Assembly: GCA_964551325.1 (NCBI GenBank)
Contig: CAZKBU010000003.1
Span: 287,672-351,671 of the forward strand
From: an uncultured Bdellovibrionales bacterium
GTDB lineage: Bacteria; Bdellovibrionota; UBA1018; CAIPTA01
Direction: 5' to 3'
DNA: 64,000 nucleotides
Made by a program: the position numbers and the translations under genes. Positions 17,934 to 26,628 of this stretch are shown here, piece after piece. The notes under the pieces are model-generated. The model saw only the letters and a list, made by a program, of their open reading frames with translations, had not been told where the DNA came from and did not search any database. Within the stretch, counting starts at the first letter, position 1. Every line of letters begins with the position of its first letter.

Positions 17934-19657
17934 CTTTGGGCCTTATGTATTATTAAATAGTAGTATTGGTTTCCATCAATGTTGGGTCCGATAGTTTCTT
18001 TTATGGTCCAAAAAGTTCCATTTAGTTTCTGTTCTCGTTTTAGATCTAGAGACTTTCGGCCGTTCTGATCTATGAGAATTCTGTTAATGTTTGGATTGGC
18101 TCCGAGCAGTGTGGCCGGGAGGCTCGAATGCGGATTGCTTTTCCATTGACTGACTGCGTGCCAAATTGGAAGAGCGGACCTCCATTTAAACAGTTTTTTC
18201 TCTACTAGATGGCTATCAAGGACTGTCATCATAAAGTTAAATGAGTCGTCGAGATTTACGATCGCAATTGTGAGCGATTCGATTGGTGATTCGTGTTCAG
18301 TCAAAAACTTGATAAGTGTGGGATTTTTAGTCGGTTCTGGAAATCGCCAGTATCCGTTACTGCCGACTAATAATTTTGGATACCTATACAAGAAATTGGA
18401 AAACGGAGTAGAGATGAACGCAAGAGGCAAAATGGAAGTTAAAACAAGGGAGGCAATTAAGATCGGTGACTTCAGTCGCAGGCGTGACCTTGCTGTGCCG
18501 ATCCAAGCACTGGCAAGAATCAAAAAGAGCTCTCCAGTCATAAAGCGAGCAAAAGCTAATGACGTATCACGATTTGGGATAAGGCCGATTAACCCGGCCA
18601 CCGCAGCGGCCGAAATCAACGGGGTGAGGGTCCAGGATATGTTAGCCCTTAGGGGGCTTCGAATCGCGGCAAAGCTTGAAGCCAGAAGTGGGCCGATGCC
18701 CTTCCAGCCAACTAGGAATGAAAGAGCAATTGCGCAAAATGTTATGCCCCCCGTAGGGGAGCTAAGGGCGTTTTTTATGAAATCTAATTTTCTAGAACCA
18801 GAAGATCCCTCGGCCCAAAGCCAAGCTCGATTGCCAAACCAACTAAACCACACCCATGTTAAGAGGGTGTACGTAGAGAAGCTTATCAGCCACATGCTGG
18901 TGGTTCGGTCGCGTTTTAACGATAGGGCGGCGAGTCCTCCGATCAGAATGGATGCTAGAAGTATCCATTCTGAAGATTGAGACGACAGTTTGAAAAAAAA
19001 AATAAATGTAGCAGATGCGAGTATTGAAATGAGGTGCACCGATTGGCGGTGAATTATGGTTAGAAAGAAAAAATATACAAATGAAGTGATTCCGATCAGC
19101 CTTGCCGCTTCAAATGGGCGGAAGAACCCAGACACTCCGAGAAGCGCGCCAGCCAAGACCCAGCGCCTTGAAATTAGGGCCCAAAGAGACCAGGGAAGAA
19201 GGGCGAGGAAGCCGGGTTCTGAATAGAAGCCAATTAGAGATCGAAAAAGCGTTGGATCTAGGGCGAGCCAAATTAGAAATCCGCAAGATTGAGTGCGAGT
19301 TAATTTCATTGCCCGTCCGAGAGCCAAGCATCCGATCCAAAAAGTCAGAGCCGAACCGAAGGAGTATATAAACTTTGATTGGAGTACCGATAGTTTTAAC
19401 CCTCCAATTAAAAACAAAGCAATAAATGAGACCGCGCTTGCTCGCCCGCCGATTATCTTATTGGGGTCTTTGACGAAATCGGAAAGCGGCTGAGAATCCT
19501 GGACAAAACGAATTGACCCGTGGATGAATTCTGCGTCATCTGAAATGACTAAAGCAGAGCCGGAGTGGTGCCAAGTAAGATAGTTGATGACGCAGATTCC
19601 GATGGAGGTCGCGATCAGGGTGATTGAGCCAAGCCAAGATGCCCTCAAAGAATTCAC
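17930..19657 (-). CDS. polytopic membrane protein, GT-C-like (inferred), second copy in island
   Basis: 575 aa; many TM helices plus a C-terminal ~170-aa soluble domain; stop/start overlap with neighbouring genes suggests one operon. Confidence 0.4.
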   Translation of the reverse strand: MNSLRASWLGSITLIATSIGICVINYLTWHHSGSALVISDDAEFIHGSIRFVQDSQPLSDFVKDPNKIIGGRASAVSFIALFLIGGLKLSVLQSKFIYSFGSALTFWIGCLALGRAMKLTRTQSCGFLIWLALDPTLFRSLIGFYSEPGFLALLPWSLWALISRRWVLAGALLGVSGFFRPFEAARLIGITSFVYFFFLTIIHRQSVHLISILASATFIFFFKLSSQSSEWILLASILIGGLAALSLKRDRTTSMWLISFSTYTLLTWVWFSWFGNRAWLWAEGSSGSRKLDFIKNALSSPTGGITFCAIALSFLVGWKGIGPLLASSFAAIRSPLRANISWTLTPLISAAAVAGLIGLIPNRDTSLAFARFMTGELFLILASAWIGTARSRLRLKSPILIASLVLTSILPLAFISTPFSNFLYRYPKLLVGSNGYWRFPEPTKNPTLIKFLTEHESPIESLTIAIVNLDDSFNFMMTVLDSHLVEKKLFKWRSALPIWHAVSQWKSNPHSSLPATLLGANPNINRILIDQNGRKSLDLKREQKLNGTFWTIKETIGPNIDGNQYYYLIIHKAQR

Positions 19658-20580
19658 TTGCCCACCGTCACTCGATTCCTCCCCGCCTTCTTCGAGTCAT
19701 ACAAAGCGTTATCTGCCTCGCGGATCAGGTCGGGCGTGGAATGATGGTCTTTCTTTAGGGAAGCTACGCCCATGCTCGCCGTAACGGGAATCTGTTTTCC
19801 GTCAAACACAAAGGCTTGCTCTTCGATCTTTTTGCGCAGGCGCTCAGCCACATCCTGGGCCTTTTCAAGGTCACTGTCGTTGAGAATCACAAGAAACTCT
19901 TCGCCACCCCAGCGGCCCACCATGTCGCGCTCGCGGAGCCCGGCATTTTTCAAAAGCAAACCAAGCTGCGACAGCACATAGTCGCCGCCGTTGTGTCCCG
20001 AAGTGTCGTTGATCTTTTTGAAGTGATCGATATCCAGCATGATCACCGAAAAGTGGGAGTGCAGCGCCTTGGCTCGCTTGAATTCGGCCTCTAGTACGTC
20101 GCCGAAATAGTTCCGATTGAATACCCCGGTAAGTTTGTCGATGGAGGCAGCGTCGGTTTGGCGCGCGTGAAAAAGTGTTTCGAGCTCACCGGCAGGAAGA
20201 TATTTTAGAATCGTGCTGCCCACTTTGATCATGTCTTCTTTGGCGAGCTTTCGTGAGCCGTGGAGCTGATCATCGTTCACGAAGGTGCCATTTCGGGAGC
20301 CGGCGTCTTCGATGGTATGTCCGGTGCCGCTTCGGGAGATTTTGGCGTGCCGTCGGGAAATGTTCGGATCGCTTACAATCAGGTCGGCGCTCTTGTCGCG
20401 GCCGAGATACAACTCGTCGCGATCAAGAGTGAACTTGGATCCTTGAGGAGTCCCGCGAATGATGATGAGAATCGCGTTTTCCGCCTTCGCTTTTTCCCGG
20501 TCGAGTTTGAGAAGGTCGGTGTCGGGGTTGAGAACCCGCGTGGTGTCGTTGCTGTCTATTTTTTTTGAGTCACCGGCCAT
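19654..20580 (-). CDS. FHA domain - GGDEF diguanylate cyclase
   Basis: N-terminal FHA pattern (YLGRDKSADLIVSDPNISRRHAKI); GGDEF domain with RWGGEEF active-site motif. Confidence 0.8.
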   Translation of the reverse strand: MAGDSKKIDSNDTTRVLNPDTDLLKLDREKAKAENAILIIIRGTPQGSKFTLDRDELYLGRDKSADLIVSDPNISRRHAKISRSGTGHTIEDAGSRNGTFVNDDQLHGSRKLAKEDMIKVGSTILKYLPAGELETLFHARQTDAASIDKLTGVFNRNYFGDVLEAEFKRAKALHSHFSVIMLDIDHFKKINDTSGHNGGDYVLSQLGLLLKNAGLRERDMVGRWGGEEFLVILNDSDLEKAQDVAERLRKKIEEQAFVFDGKQIPVTASMGVASLKKDHHSTPDLIREADNALYDSKKAGRNRVTVGK

Positions 20581-20589
20581 TCTAGGATC

Positions 20590-21540
20590 TTATCTTCGCC
20601 TCTTTCGGGAAGCAAAACCCTCTAGGAAAGCCAGGGCGCAGCGCGCCACGAGTGCGGCAGTTTGATCGTCGCGGTCTACGGCTGGATTCAGCTCGTAGAT
20701 CCCAAAGCTCAACACGCCAGCGTGGGCGCCGGAGATGCGCGAGAAGGCGATTGCCTCCGCTCCTTTGAAACCAGTGGTTTGGGGGGCGCTTACTCCAGGG
20801 GCTTCCGACCACTGAACGCTATCGATGTCGAGGCTTACCTGGAGCGGTGCGGATCTTCCCAGCATTGCTATGCGGCGCCGAAAAGCGGCTTCGGGGCGAG
20901 CCATTTTTTCGAAAAAGTCTACGCTGATTTTTCTTTGTTTTGTCCAGGTAAAGAGGTCCGACGTGTTGGCGTTGCGCTGGATGCCGAACTCATAAATTCT
21001 GGATCGGGAGGCCTGGAAGCTCTTCGACTCTGCGAGCATGTACCAGGGGCTGCCGCTCGTGATTCCGTGGGTGGTGGGGCGAACGTCGAGGTGAGCGTCG
21101 ATATTGAGAAAGTTCGCTGGTTTCCCGCCCAAACTATCGAGAAGAGAGGTTGCCTCGGGAAAGGCTAAGTCGTGCCCGCCGCCGATCACCAGGGGAATCA
21201 ATTTCGCCCTCCTCACGGCAAGGAGCAGCTCGTGGGCGCGGGAGTGGGTGTCGGCAGGATCCGAGCCCCCGGGCACGTCGCCCAGGTCGTAGATTGGAAA
21301 CGTAAACTCGGTCGAGGCAAGACGATAGAATTTTTTTCGGAAGGCCGCCGGCCCCTGGGCGGCACCGGGGCGTCCTCCCACATTTTTCACGCCGGCGTCG
21401 CAAGCTAAACCAACAATCGCGATACCTGGTTTCAGGTGAGAAAGATTCGTGGGTGTTGCTGATGCTACGAAGGATCCGACTCTACCAGTGCTTCCGGACG
21501 AAGGTAGAAAGTCTCCTGGTCGATAAGAAATAATTTTCAT
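20590..21540 (-). CDS. arginase/ureohydrolase-family enzyme (formiminoglutamase/agmatinase-like)
   Basis: IGGGHDLAF, NIDAHLDV and SLDIDSV, the three Mn-binding signature segments of the arginase family. Confidence 0.6.
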   Translation of the reverse strand: MKIISYRPGDFLPSSGSTGRVGSFVASATPTNLSHLKPGIAIVGLACDAGVKNVGGRPGAAQGPAAFRKKFYRLASTEFTFPIYDLGDVPGGSDPADTHSRAHELLLAVRRAKLIPLVIGGGHDLAFPEATSLLDSLGGKPANFLNIDAHLDVRPTTHGITSGSPWYMLAESKSFQASRSRIYEFGIQRNANTSDLFTWTKQRKISVDFFEKMARPEAAFRRRIAMLGRSAPLQVSLDIDSVQWSEAPGVSAPQTTGFKGAEAIAFSRISGAHAGVLSFGIYELNPAVDRDDQTAALVARCALAFLEGFASRKRRR

Positions 21541-21578
21541 AGGAAAAACCGCCTTGTTTTCTATATTCTAAAAGAAAG

Positions 21579-23528
21579 ATGGGTGAAAAGATCTGGTTTG
21601 TATACATCTCTGATCACCACGAGGGCCCGTTCACGCCCGAAGAGGTGCAGGCGAAGATCGCGGAAGGTGCGGTAACTTCGCAAAGCCTCGTTTGGAAAGA
21701 CGGGATGCCCGAGTGGGTGGCAGCCGAAACTATTCCAGAGATCCACGCTCTGTTTTCGGGGGGGGCGGAATCTCCTGCCGCGCCTGCTTTGACCGTGGGA
21801 GATGGCGGGGAAGCGTCGTTGGCGCAACTCTTGTCTCAAGAACAGACGGGGGACGCACCCGTGGCGGAACCAGGCCAGACACTGGAACAGGTTTCTGAAC
21901 AGGCGCCCATGTCTTTGGATTCCCTCCCGACTGGAGGCGGCGCCGCACCGGGCGATGATGATCAGGTGTGGTCCATGCGCTCGGGCACGTCCGTATCGGG
22001 ACAGTTTTCCATGTCTACTTTGAAAGAGATGGCGGGGCGAGGGGAAGTACCAGCCGACGCGGAGTTTTGGCACCCCGGCATGACGGACTTCACGCCGCTT
22101 GCTGCTTACCCGGAGTTGGAGAAGTCACGAAAGTCTCCGAAACCCACGACGGCAAAACCTCTGGCCTCTCCTGGGCGAAAACCTGGAGGACTTGCCCCGC
22201 TTACGGCCGCAGCCACGGTTGGAAGCGAGGACGAATTTGAGGCCGCCCCTCCGAAAAAGGCCGGTAAGCTGGGAGTGTTCACCGAGAAATTGAAAGGGAT
22301 GTTCACTTTCAAGTTTGGGAAGAAGAAAGTGGCCGCCGCCAAGGCCGCTGCCGAGCAGAAGCCGGCCAAGAAAGTTGAAAAGAAGTCTGCCCCTTCTGGT
22401 AACGGGAAGCTGGCAAAACTGATCAAGCCTTTGATTGCCGTAGTGGTGGTTCTTCTCGTGGTGGGCGGAGGCGGCGCTGCCTACATGCTTTTCCTGAATT
22501 CGCCGGTGCCTAACCTCGAGGATGTGCCGCCCGAGAAGCTGGAAGAGATGAAGGCGACTGCAAAAGCTCCTGCCGAAGCCGGAGGAAAGCTTCTGCTGGT
22601 TCAAGCTCAGGGCGATGACTTCAGCCCCACTTTTTATGTGGCGACAAATCTCGCTGAAGGCACCCAGGTAACCCTCAAGATCGACGGGATTCCTGGAACA
22701 CTGGTGAATGCCATCAGCTTTTCTCAGAGCTGGACGGCAGCGGTGGAAAAGACCAAGCTAGCGGTTTTCCGTTCGCTTAGTGTGGAAGGCAAGCCGCTTC
22801 CGATGGGAGATTTTAAAATTAAGGTGAAAGCACCGGGAGCTACCGATCTCACGCTCGACCAGTTTATCGGCGGGAAGAAAAACCATATTTATGATCGAAG
22901 AATGAAAACCTGGAAAGAAAAACTCCAAGGTGAGTTAGATCGTGAGCTGCTGGAGCTCAAGGAGATTGCGGCCTCGTTGAGAAGCATTTACAGTGATCAT
23001 GAAAAAATGATGAATGCGGCGAGGGTCTCCGGGATTTCAGGTCCTCAGCGAGCGGCCATCAGTTCCAAGTGGGACAAATTTGGAACCGAAATGGATCTTT
23101 TCACCAAGGAGCTCGCTGAAAAGTTGTCGGATCGAGTGAAGCTTCCCGGTTTCGCTGACCGATTTTTCCCGGATCTTCTCAAGAGGTGCATTGATTGGCT
23201 TCCCAGACTCAACGCCGTCAGGCACAAGGAACGGGAGCGCGTGCAATCATTTTCTGCTCCCGTGAATGCGGAAGCGGAGGCGGCGTTGCTGGCGGAACTG
23301 GTAGCCATCGAGAGCGCGCTAACCGAAGCAGCCACTAAGAACCCCCTTGAAATTCTCGCAGAACGCGCCAAGTCTGCCGCGCCTTCAGCTGCCCCCGCAG
23401 CTCCGGCCACCGATGCGGCCCCGGTGGCTCCAGCCGACACTGCAACACCACCGCCCGCAGCGGCCCCCGCTGCGCCTTCGGCTGCCCCCGCGGCCCCGGC
23501 CACACCCGCGGTTCCCGCATCACCATGA
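21579..23528 (+). CDS. membrane protein with two N-terminal DUF4339 (GYF-like) repeats, single TM and Ala/Pro-rich C-terminal tail
   Basis: two copies of a W-x-x-G-P/W motif module (IWFVY..GPFTPEEV..WKDGMPEW; VWSMRSG...FWHPGMTDF); TM KPLIAVVVVLLVVGGGGAAYMLF; AP-rich low-complexity end. Confidence 0.6.
   Translation: MGEKIWFVYISDHHEGPFTPEEVQAKIAEGAVTSQSLVWKDGMPEWVAAETIPEIHALFSGGAESPAAPALTVGDGGEASLAQLLSQEQTGDAPVAEPGQTLEQVSEQAPMSLDSLPTGGGAAPGDDDQVWSMRSGTSVSGQFSMSTLKEMAGRGEVPADAEFWHPGMTDFTPLAAYPELEKSRKSPKPTTAKPLASPGRKPGGLAPLTAAATVGSEDEFEAAPPKKAGKLGVFTEKLKGMFTFKFGKKKVAAAKAAAEQKPAKKVEKKSAPSGNGKLAKLIKPLIAVVVVLLVVGGGGAAYMLFLNSPVPNLEDVPPEKLEEMKATAKAPAEAGGKLLLVQAQGDDFSPTFYVATNLAEGTQVTLKIDGIPGTLVNAISFSQSWTAAVEKTKLAVFRSLSVEGKPLPMGDFKIKVKAPGATDLTLDQFIGGKKNHIYDRRMKTWKEKLQGELDRELLELKEIAASLRSIYSDHEKMMNAARVSGISGPQRAAISSKWDKFGTEMDLFTKELAEKLSDRVKLPGFADRFFPDLLKRCIDWLPRLNAVRHKERERVQSFSAPVNAEAEAALLAELVAIESALTEAATKNPLEILAERAKSAAPSAAPAAPATDAAPVAPADTATPPPAAAPAAPSAAPAAPATPAVPASP
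23379..23503 (+). repeat. two 32-nt direct repeats (3 mismatches) 93 nt apart encoding an APSAAPAAPAT repeat
   Basis: gcgccttcagctgcccccgcagctccggccac (23379..23410) vs gcgccttcggctgcccccgcggccccggccac (23472..23503). Confidence 0.6.
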
Positions 23529-23899
23529 GCAAAACTCCGCCGCCAGGATCCGAGCGTCGCCGATCCAAGCGCCTGATGGTGCAGGAGTCGTTCTCTCTTT
23601 TTCTGGTGGTGCCCAAGGTGCTGGGAATGGTGAAAATCTATCTCCGCGATGTCAGCAAACTCGGCCTTTGCTTCCGAACTGAACTAGAGGGTGATTTCAA
23701 AAGGGACACTGTGTTGGACTTAAGGGTATACCTGAGTCCGATGTTCTACCTTCCGGTGAAGGCTCGTGTTGTGCGCGTATTGGGCGGTGAAGTGGCAGTG
23801 GAGTTTCTGGACTCAAAGTCCACCAAAGCAATCGGACATTTGGTGGAGTTCTTCGAGGCTGCCGCCGACGCTGGAGAATCCGATTCTAAATTGACCTGA
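23525..23899 (+). CDS. PilZ domain protein (c-di-GMP receptor)
   Basis: start overlaps the upstream stop (ATGA); RRRSKR and DVSKLGLCF (RxxxR / DxSxxG) PilZ motifs. Confidence 0.7.
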   Translation: MSKTPPPGSERRRSKRLMVQESFSLFLVVPKVLGMVKIYLRDVSKLGLCFRTELEGDFKRDTVLDLRVYLSPMFYLPVKARVVRVLGGEVAVEFLDSKSTKAIGHLVEFFEAAADAGESDSKLT

Positions 23900-23994
23900 G
23901 GCCTGTACCCGCCAACCGGTACCTCCTTTGCCGGCCAAAAACCTTCAAGTCTCGCGCACTTCCCTCCGATCAGTTCCCTGAGGAAGGGAGGCCC

Positions 23995-24453
23995 ATGATG
24001 GGTCACAAGCAGACTGGCAATGTGGTTTCGTTAAACGAGGCTCGTGAGGAGCGAATCGAAGAGCGTCGTCGCGAATTTGAGCGCGTGGTGTTCAAGAGCA
24101 ATTTTGGCGCTTACACACCGGTAGAGGGGCGAGGCCTTCAAGCCATCGAGCTGGTGGATATCAGCGAGGGCGGAATTCTGTTCCAAGTGTCGGAGAGTTC
24201 CAATTTCAGTCTCCAGCCGGGCGACACCACGAGTGTGCGTCTCTACTTCGCCACGGAAGCATTTATTTCCATCGATGTTAAGGTGGCCCGCTCTTTCATT
24301 GCCGTGGAGAACGGTAAGGCCGTGCATCGCTACGGATGCATCATGGACAAGACGATGACTTCCTATGGAGCGTTTTACCACCTCGTTCACTTCATTACGA
24401 AGTGCGCTGAGCATGGGCATCACGATGCTCAGAATCACAAAATTTTCTACTGA
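23995..24453 (+). CDS. PilZ domain protein
   Basis: RREFER and DISEGGILF PilZ motifs. Confidence 0.7.
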   Translation: MMGHKQTGNVVSLNEAREERIEERRREFERVVFKSNFGAYTPVEGRGLQAIELVDISEGGILFQVSESSNFSLQPGDTTSVRLYFATEAFISIDVKVARSFIAVENGKAVHRYGCIMDKTMTSYGAFYHLVHFITKCAEHGHHDAQNHKIFY

Positions 24454-24664
24454 TCGCAGCGTCGATTGAGTGCAAAGATTGGATTGTGCGGCCCATAGTG
24501 TTGGCTGGTAATCGGTCATGGCGTGATCGAAGTGCGTACGCCGCGGGAGAAATCGCCCCTAGTCCCCTGACAGCGCCCCATCCGAGAGCTCTCACTCGCG
24601 AGCTGATCGCCACGTTACTCACTCAAATGAACAGGTGGGCCGCGCCCACAATCCTAGAACAGGC

Positions 24665-24726
24665 ACCCAAATAGAAAGGCCGAGAGTTTCCTCCCGGCCC
24701 AACAAAAAACCAACACTCTCGGCCGC
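24665..24726 (-). terminator. rho-independent terminator downstream of the SBP gene (also placed to terminate the convergent PilZ gene)
   Basis: 9-bp inverted repeat ggccgagag...ctctcggcc (24678-24686 / 24716-24724); the minus-sense transcript has T-rich tttctattt after the stem. Confidence 0.45.
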
Positions 24727-24730
24727 ACAA

Positions 24731-26557
24731 TCAGAACTTCTCTTTCAAATACCTCTGCTTCATATCCTTATCGATATCGATGTATTTCAGATCGTTCGAA
24801 ATCATGCTGTTCGGACGGTAGTTTTTCACCCACCCGTGGCGGAGCGAGAAACGAATCGGGTAATAGAGCATGCTCCACACCGCATCACTGAACGCGATGT
24901 CTTCCGCGCGCTTGATCATCGCCGAGCGCTCCTTCGAGGGCGACATCTGCGCGATCTTTTCATATAGAGCGTCGTATTCCTTGTTCACCCAGTTCGAAGC
25001 ATTCGGTCCGGGCGAGACGTTCTTCCCGTAGAGAAGCTGCATGAAATTCTCCGCGTCCGGGTAGTCCGCATTCCATCCGCCAAAGAAGAACTGAAGGTTT
25101 CCATTCTTCTCCTTCTCGAGATAGGCCGGGAAAGTGTTCACCACCACTTCGATCGGCACGCCGATCGCGGCCATACTCTTGGCCACGTATTCCGCTTGTT
25201 GACGTGCCGTAGTGCTGGCGCCGCGCAGGTCGAACTTGATCGGCGAGAGTCCCTTACCGCCAGGGAATCCAGCTTTTGCGAGATATTTCTTGGCTTCTTC
25301 CACGTTGAAATCGCCTTCCAGCTTTTCCCGAGCCACGTGGCCGGAAATGACCGGCGGCACAATGCTCGTGGCCTTCTGGCCCCGGCAATTCAGGAAGAGC
25401 TTGATCATTTCATCGCGGTTCAGAGCGCGCACCATGGCCTTACGCAGGTTCGCGTTTTGACCGAGGAGTTTGTCCTTCACGTTGAAGTTCAAATACCAGA
25501 TCACGGGTTCCGGACTAGTGAAGAGTTGAATTCCCTTCTTGTCCAACTCGGGGCCGAGCTTCGCATTTTTGAGCGCGTTGCTGCAGTCGGCGTCCACGCC
25601 GGTTTGAATCGCCGACGAGAAGTTGTCCTTCGGAATTCCGGAGGCATCGATGCTACCTTTCTGGAACTGGAGCCACTGGGGCTGATCTTCCTTGAACACG
25701 TGGAAAATGATTCCGTCGATGAAAGGAATGGCCTTTCCAGCGTCTGCGAGCAGGCCGGCGGCCTTCGCGTCGGCGTCGCCCTCGGAAGGGAAAGATTCAC
25801 CACGGAAGGTTGGGTTCTTTACGAGCTCGATCTTCGAGCCGCGGGTAACCTTCTTGAGAAGGAACGGGCCAGTGCCCACCATTCGCTCCGCAAGTCCCTC
25901 TTGTCCATACTTGGTGGTCACTTCCTTCGCCACCGGAGCGGCGAAACCCATGGTCATGATGTGGATCAGCTGGGGGTAGGGCTGGGTGAGTTTCACCTGA
26001 AGCGTGTGACTGTCGAGAGCCTTTAGTCCCTCGATCGGCGTGGCCAGGTGGTCCTCGATGCTCTTCGTCTTGTCGTTCCACATGGCCTTTTTGAGTTCGG
26101 AGTAGCCTACCACTTTGTCTTCATAAACCCAGGTGCCGGGGCTCTTGAGCGCCGGCACTAGGAGACGCTTCCAGCCGTAGACAAAATCTTCCGCTACGAG
26201 CTCGCGGCCTTTGCCGCCGGGGAAGGCTGCGTCGTCTTGGAACATCACGCCTTTCTTGATTTTGATGGTGTAGGTCTTTTTGTCCGGGGAAATCTTCGGC
26301 ATTCCGTCGGCGAGGAGCGGCTCCACTTCAAGCGGCGACTTCAGGAAGGAGTATTGGTAGAGCGGTTCCACGGCGAGCGGCATCACAGTGTTGGATACCG
26401 TGTCGTAAACAAGGGCCGGATCGAGAGATTTCACATCGTCGCCGAGTGGGAAGTTTACGATCTTGAGCTTCGAATCGTTCATCTCGCGGCTGGTGCAACC
26501 CGTGGCGAGCGCCACAGCGGCAAGAGCCAAAGCCAGTACCTTCAGAATGTTTTTCAT
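24731..26557 (-). CDS. ABC transporter substrate-binding lipoprotein, family 5 (peptide/oligopeptide-type, OppA/DppA-like)
   Basis: 608 aa; lipoprotein signal MKNILKVLALALAAVALATGC; family-5 SBP-like length and sequence. Confidence 0.7.
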   Translation of the reverse strand: MKNILKVLALALAAVALATGCTSREMNDSKLKIVNFPLGDDVKSLDPALVYDTVSNTVMPLAVEPLYQYSFLKSPLEVEPLLADGMPKISPDKKTYTIKIKKGVMFQDDAAFPGGKGRELVAEDFVYGWKRLLVPALKSPGTWVYEDKVVGYSELKKAMWNDKTKSIEDHLATPIEGLKALDSHTLQVKLTQPYPQLIHIMTMGFAAPVAKEVTTKYGQEGLAERMVGTGPFLLKKVTRGSKIELVKNPTFRGESFPSEGDADAKAAGLLADAGKAIPFIDGIIFHVFKEDQPQWLQFQKGSIDASGIPKDNFSSAIQTGVDADCSNALKNAKLGPELDKKGIQLFTSPEPVIWYLNFNVKDKLLGQNANLRKAMVRALNRDEMIKLFLNCRGQKATSIVPPVISGHVAREKLEGDFNVEEAKKYLAKAGFPGGKGLSPIKFDLRGASTTARQQAEYVAKSMAAIGVPIEVVVNTFPAYLEKEKNGNLQFFFGGWNADYPDAENFMQLLYGKNVSPGPNASNWVNKEYDALYEKIAQMSPSKERSAMIKRAEDIAFSDAVWSMLYYPIRFSLRHGWVKNYRPNSMISNDLKYIDIDKDMKQRYLKEKF

Positions 26558-26628
26558 TTTATTTCCCCAATGGTGGAACCGTCAGGGCAGAAAACTATCA
26601 CGGGGAAAAAACGAGTCTCAAGAATTTA

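Noticed and set aside
24454-24730. 277-nt intergenic region between convergent PilZ and SBP genes, including a 62-aa ORF (24486..24674); considered a small protein or sRNA
   Set aside because: The ORF has no RBS or protein-like features; the region is best explained by the terminator hairpin at 24678..24724, and I cannot support an sRNA call from sequence alone.
25196-26026. 276-aa plus-strand ORF
   Set aside because: Antisense to the OppA-like SBP gene; no motifs, Arg/Leu-rich.
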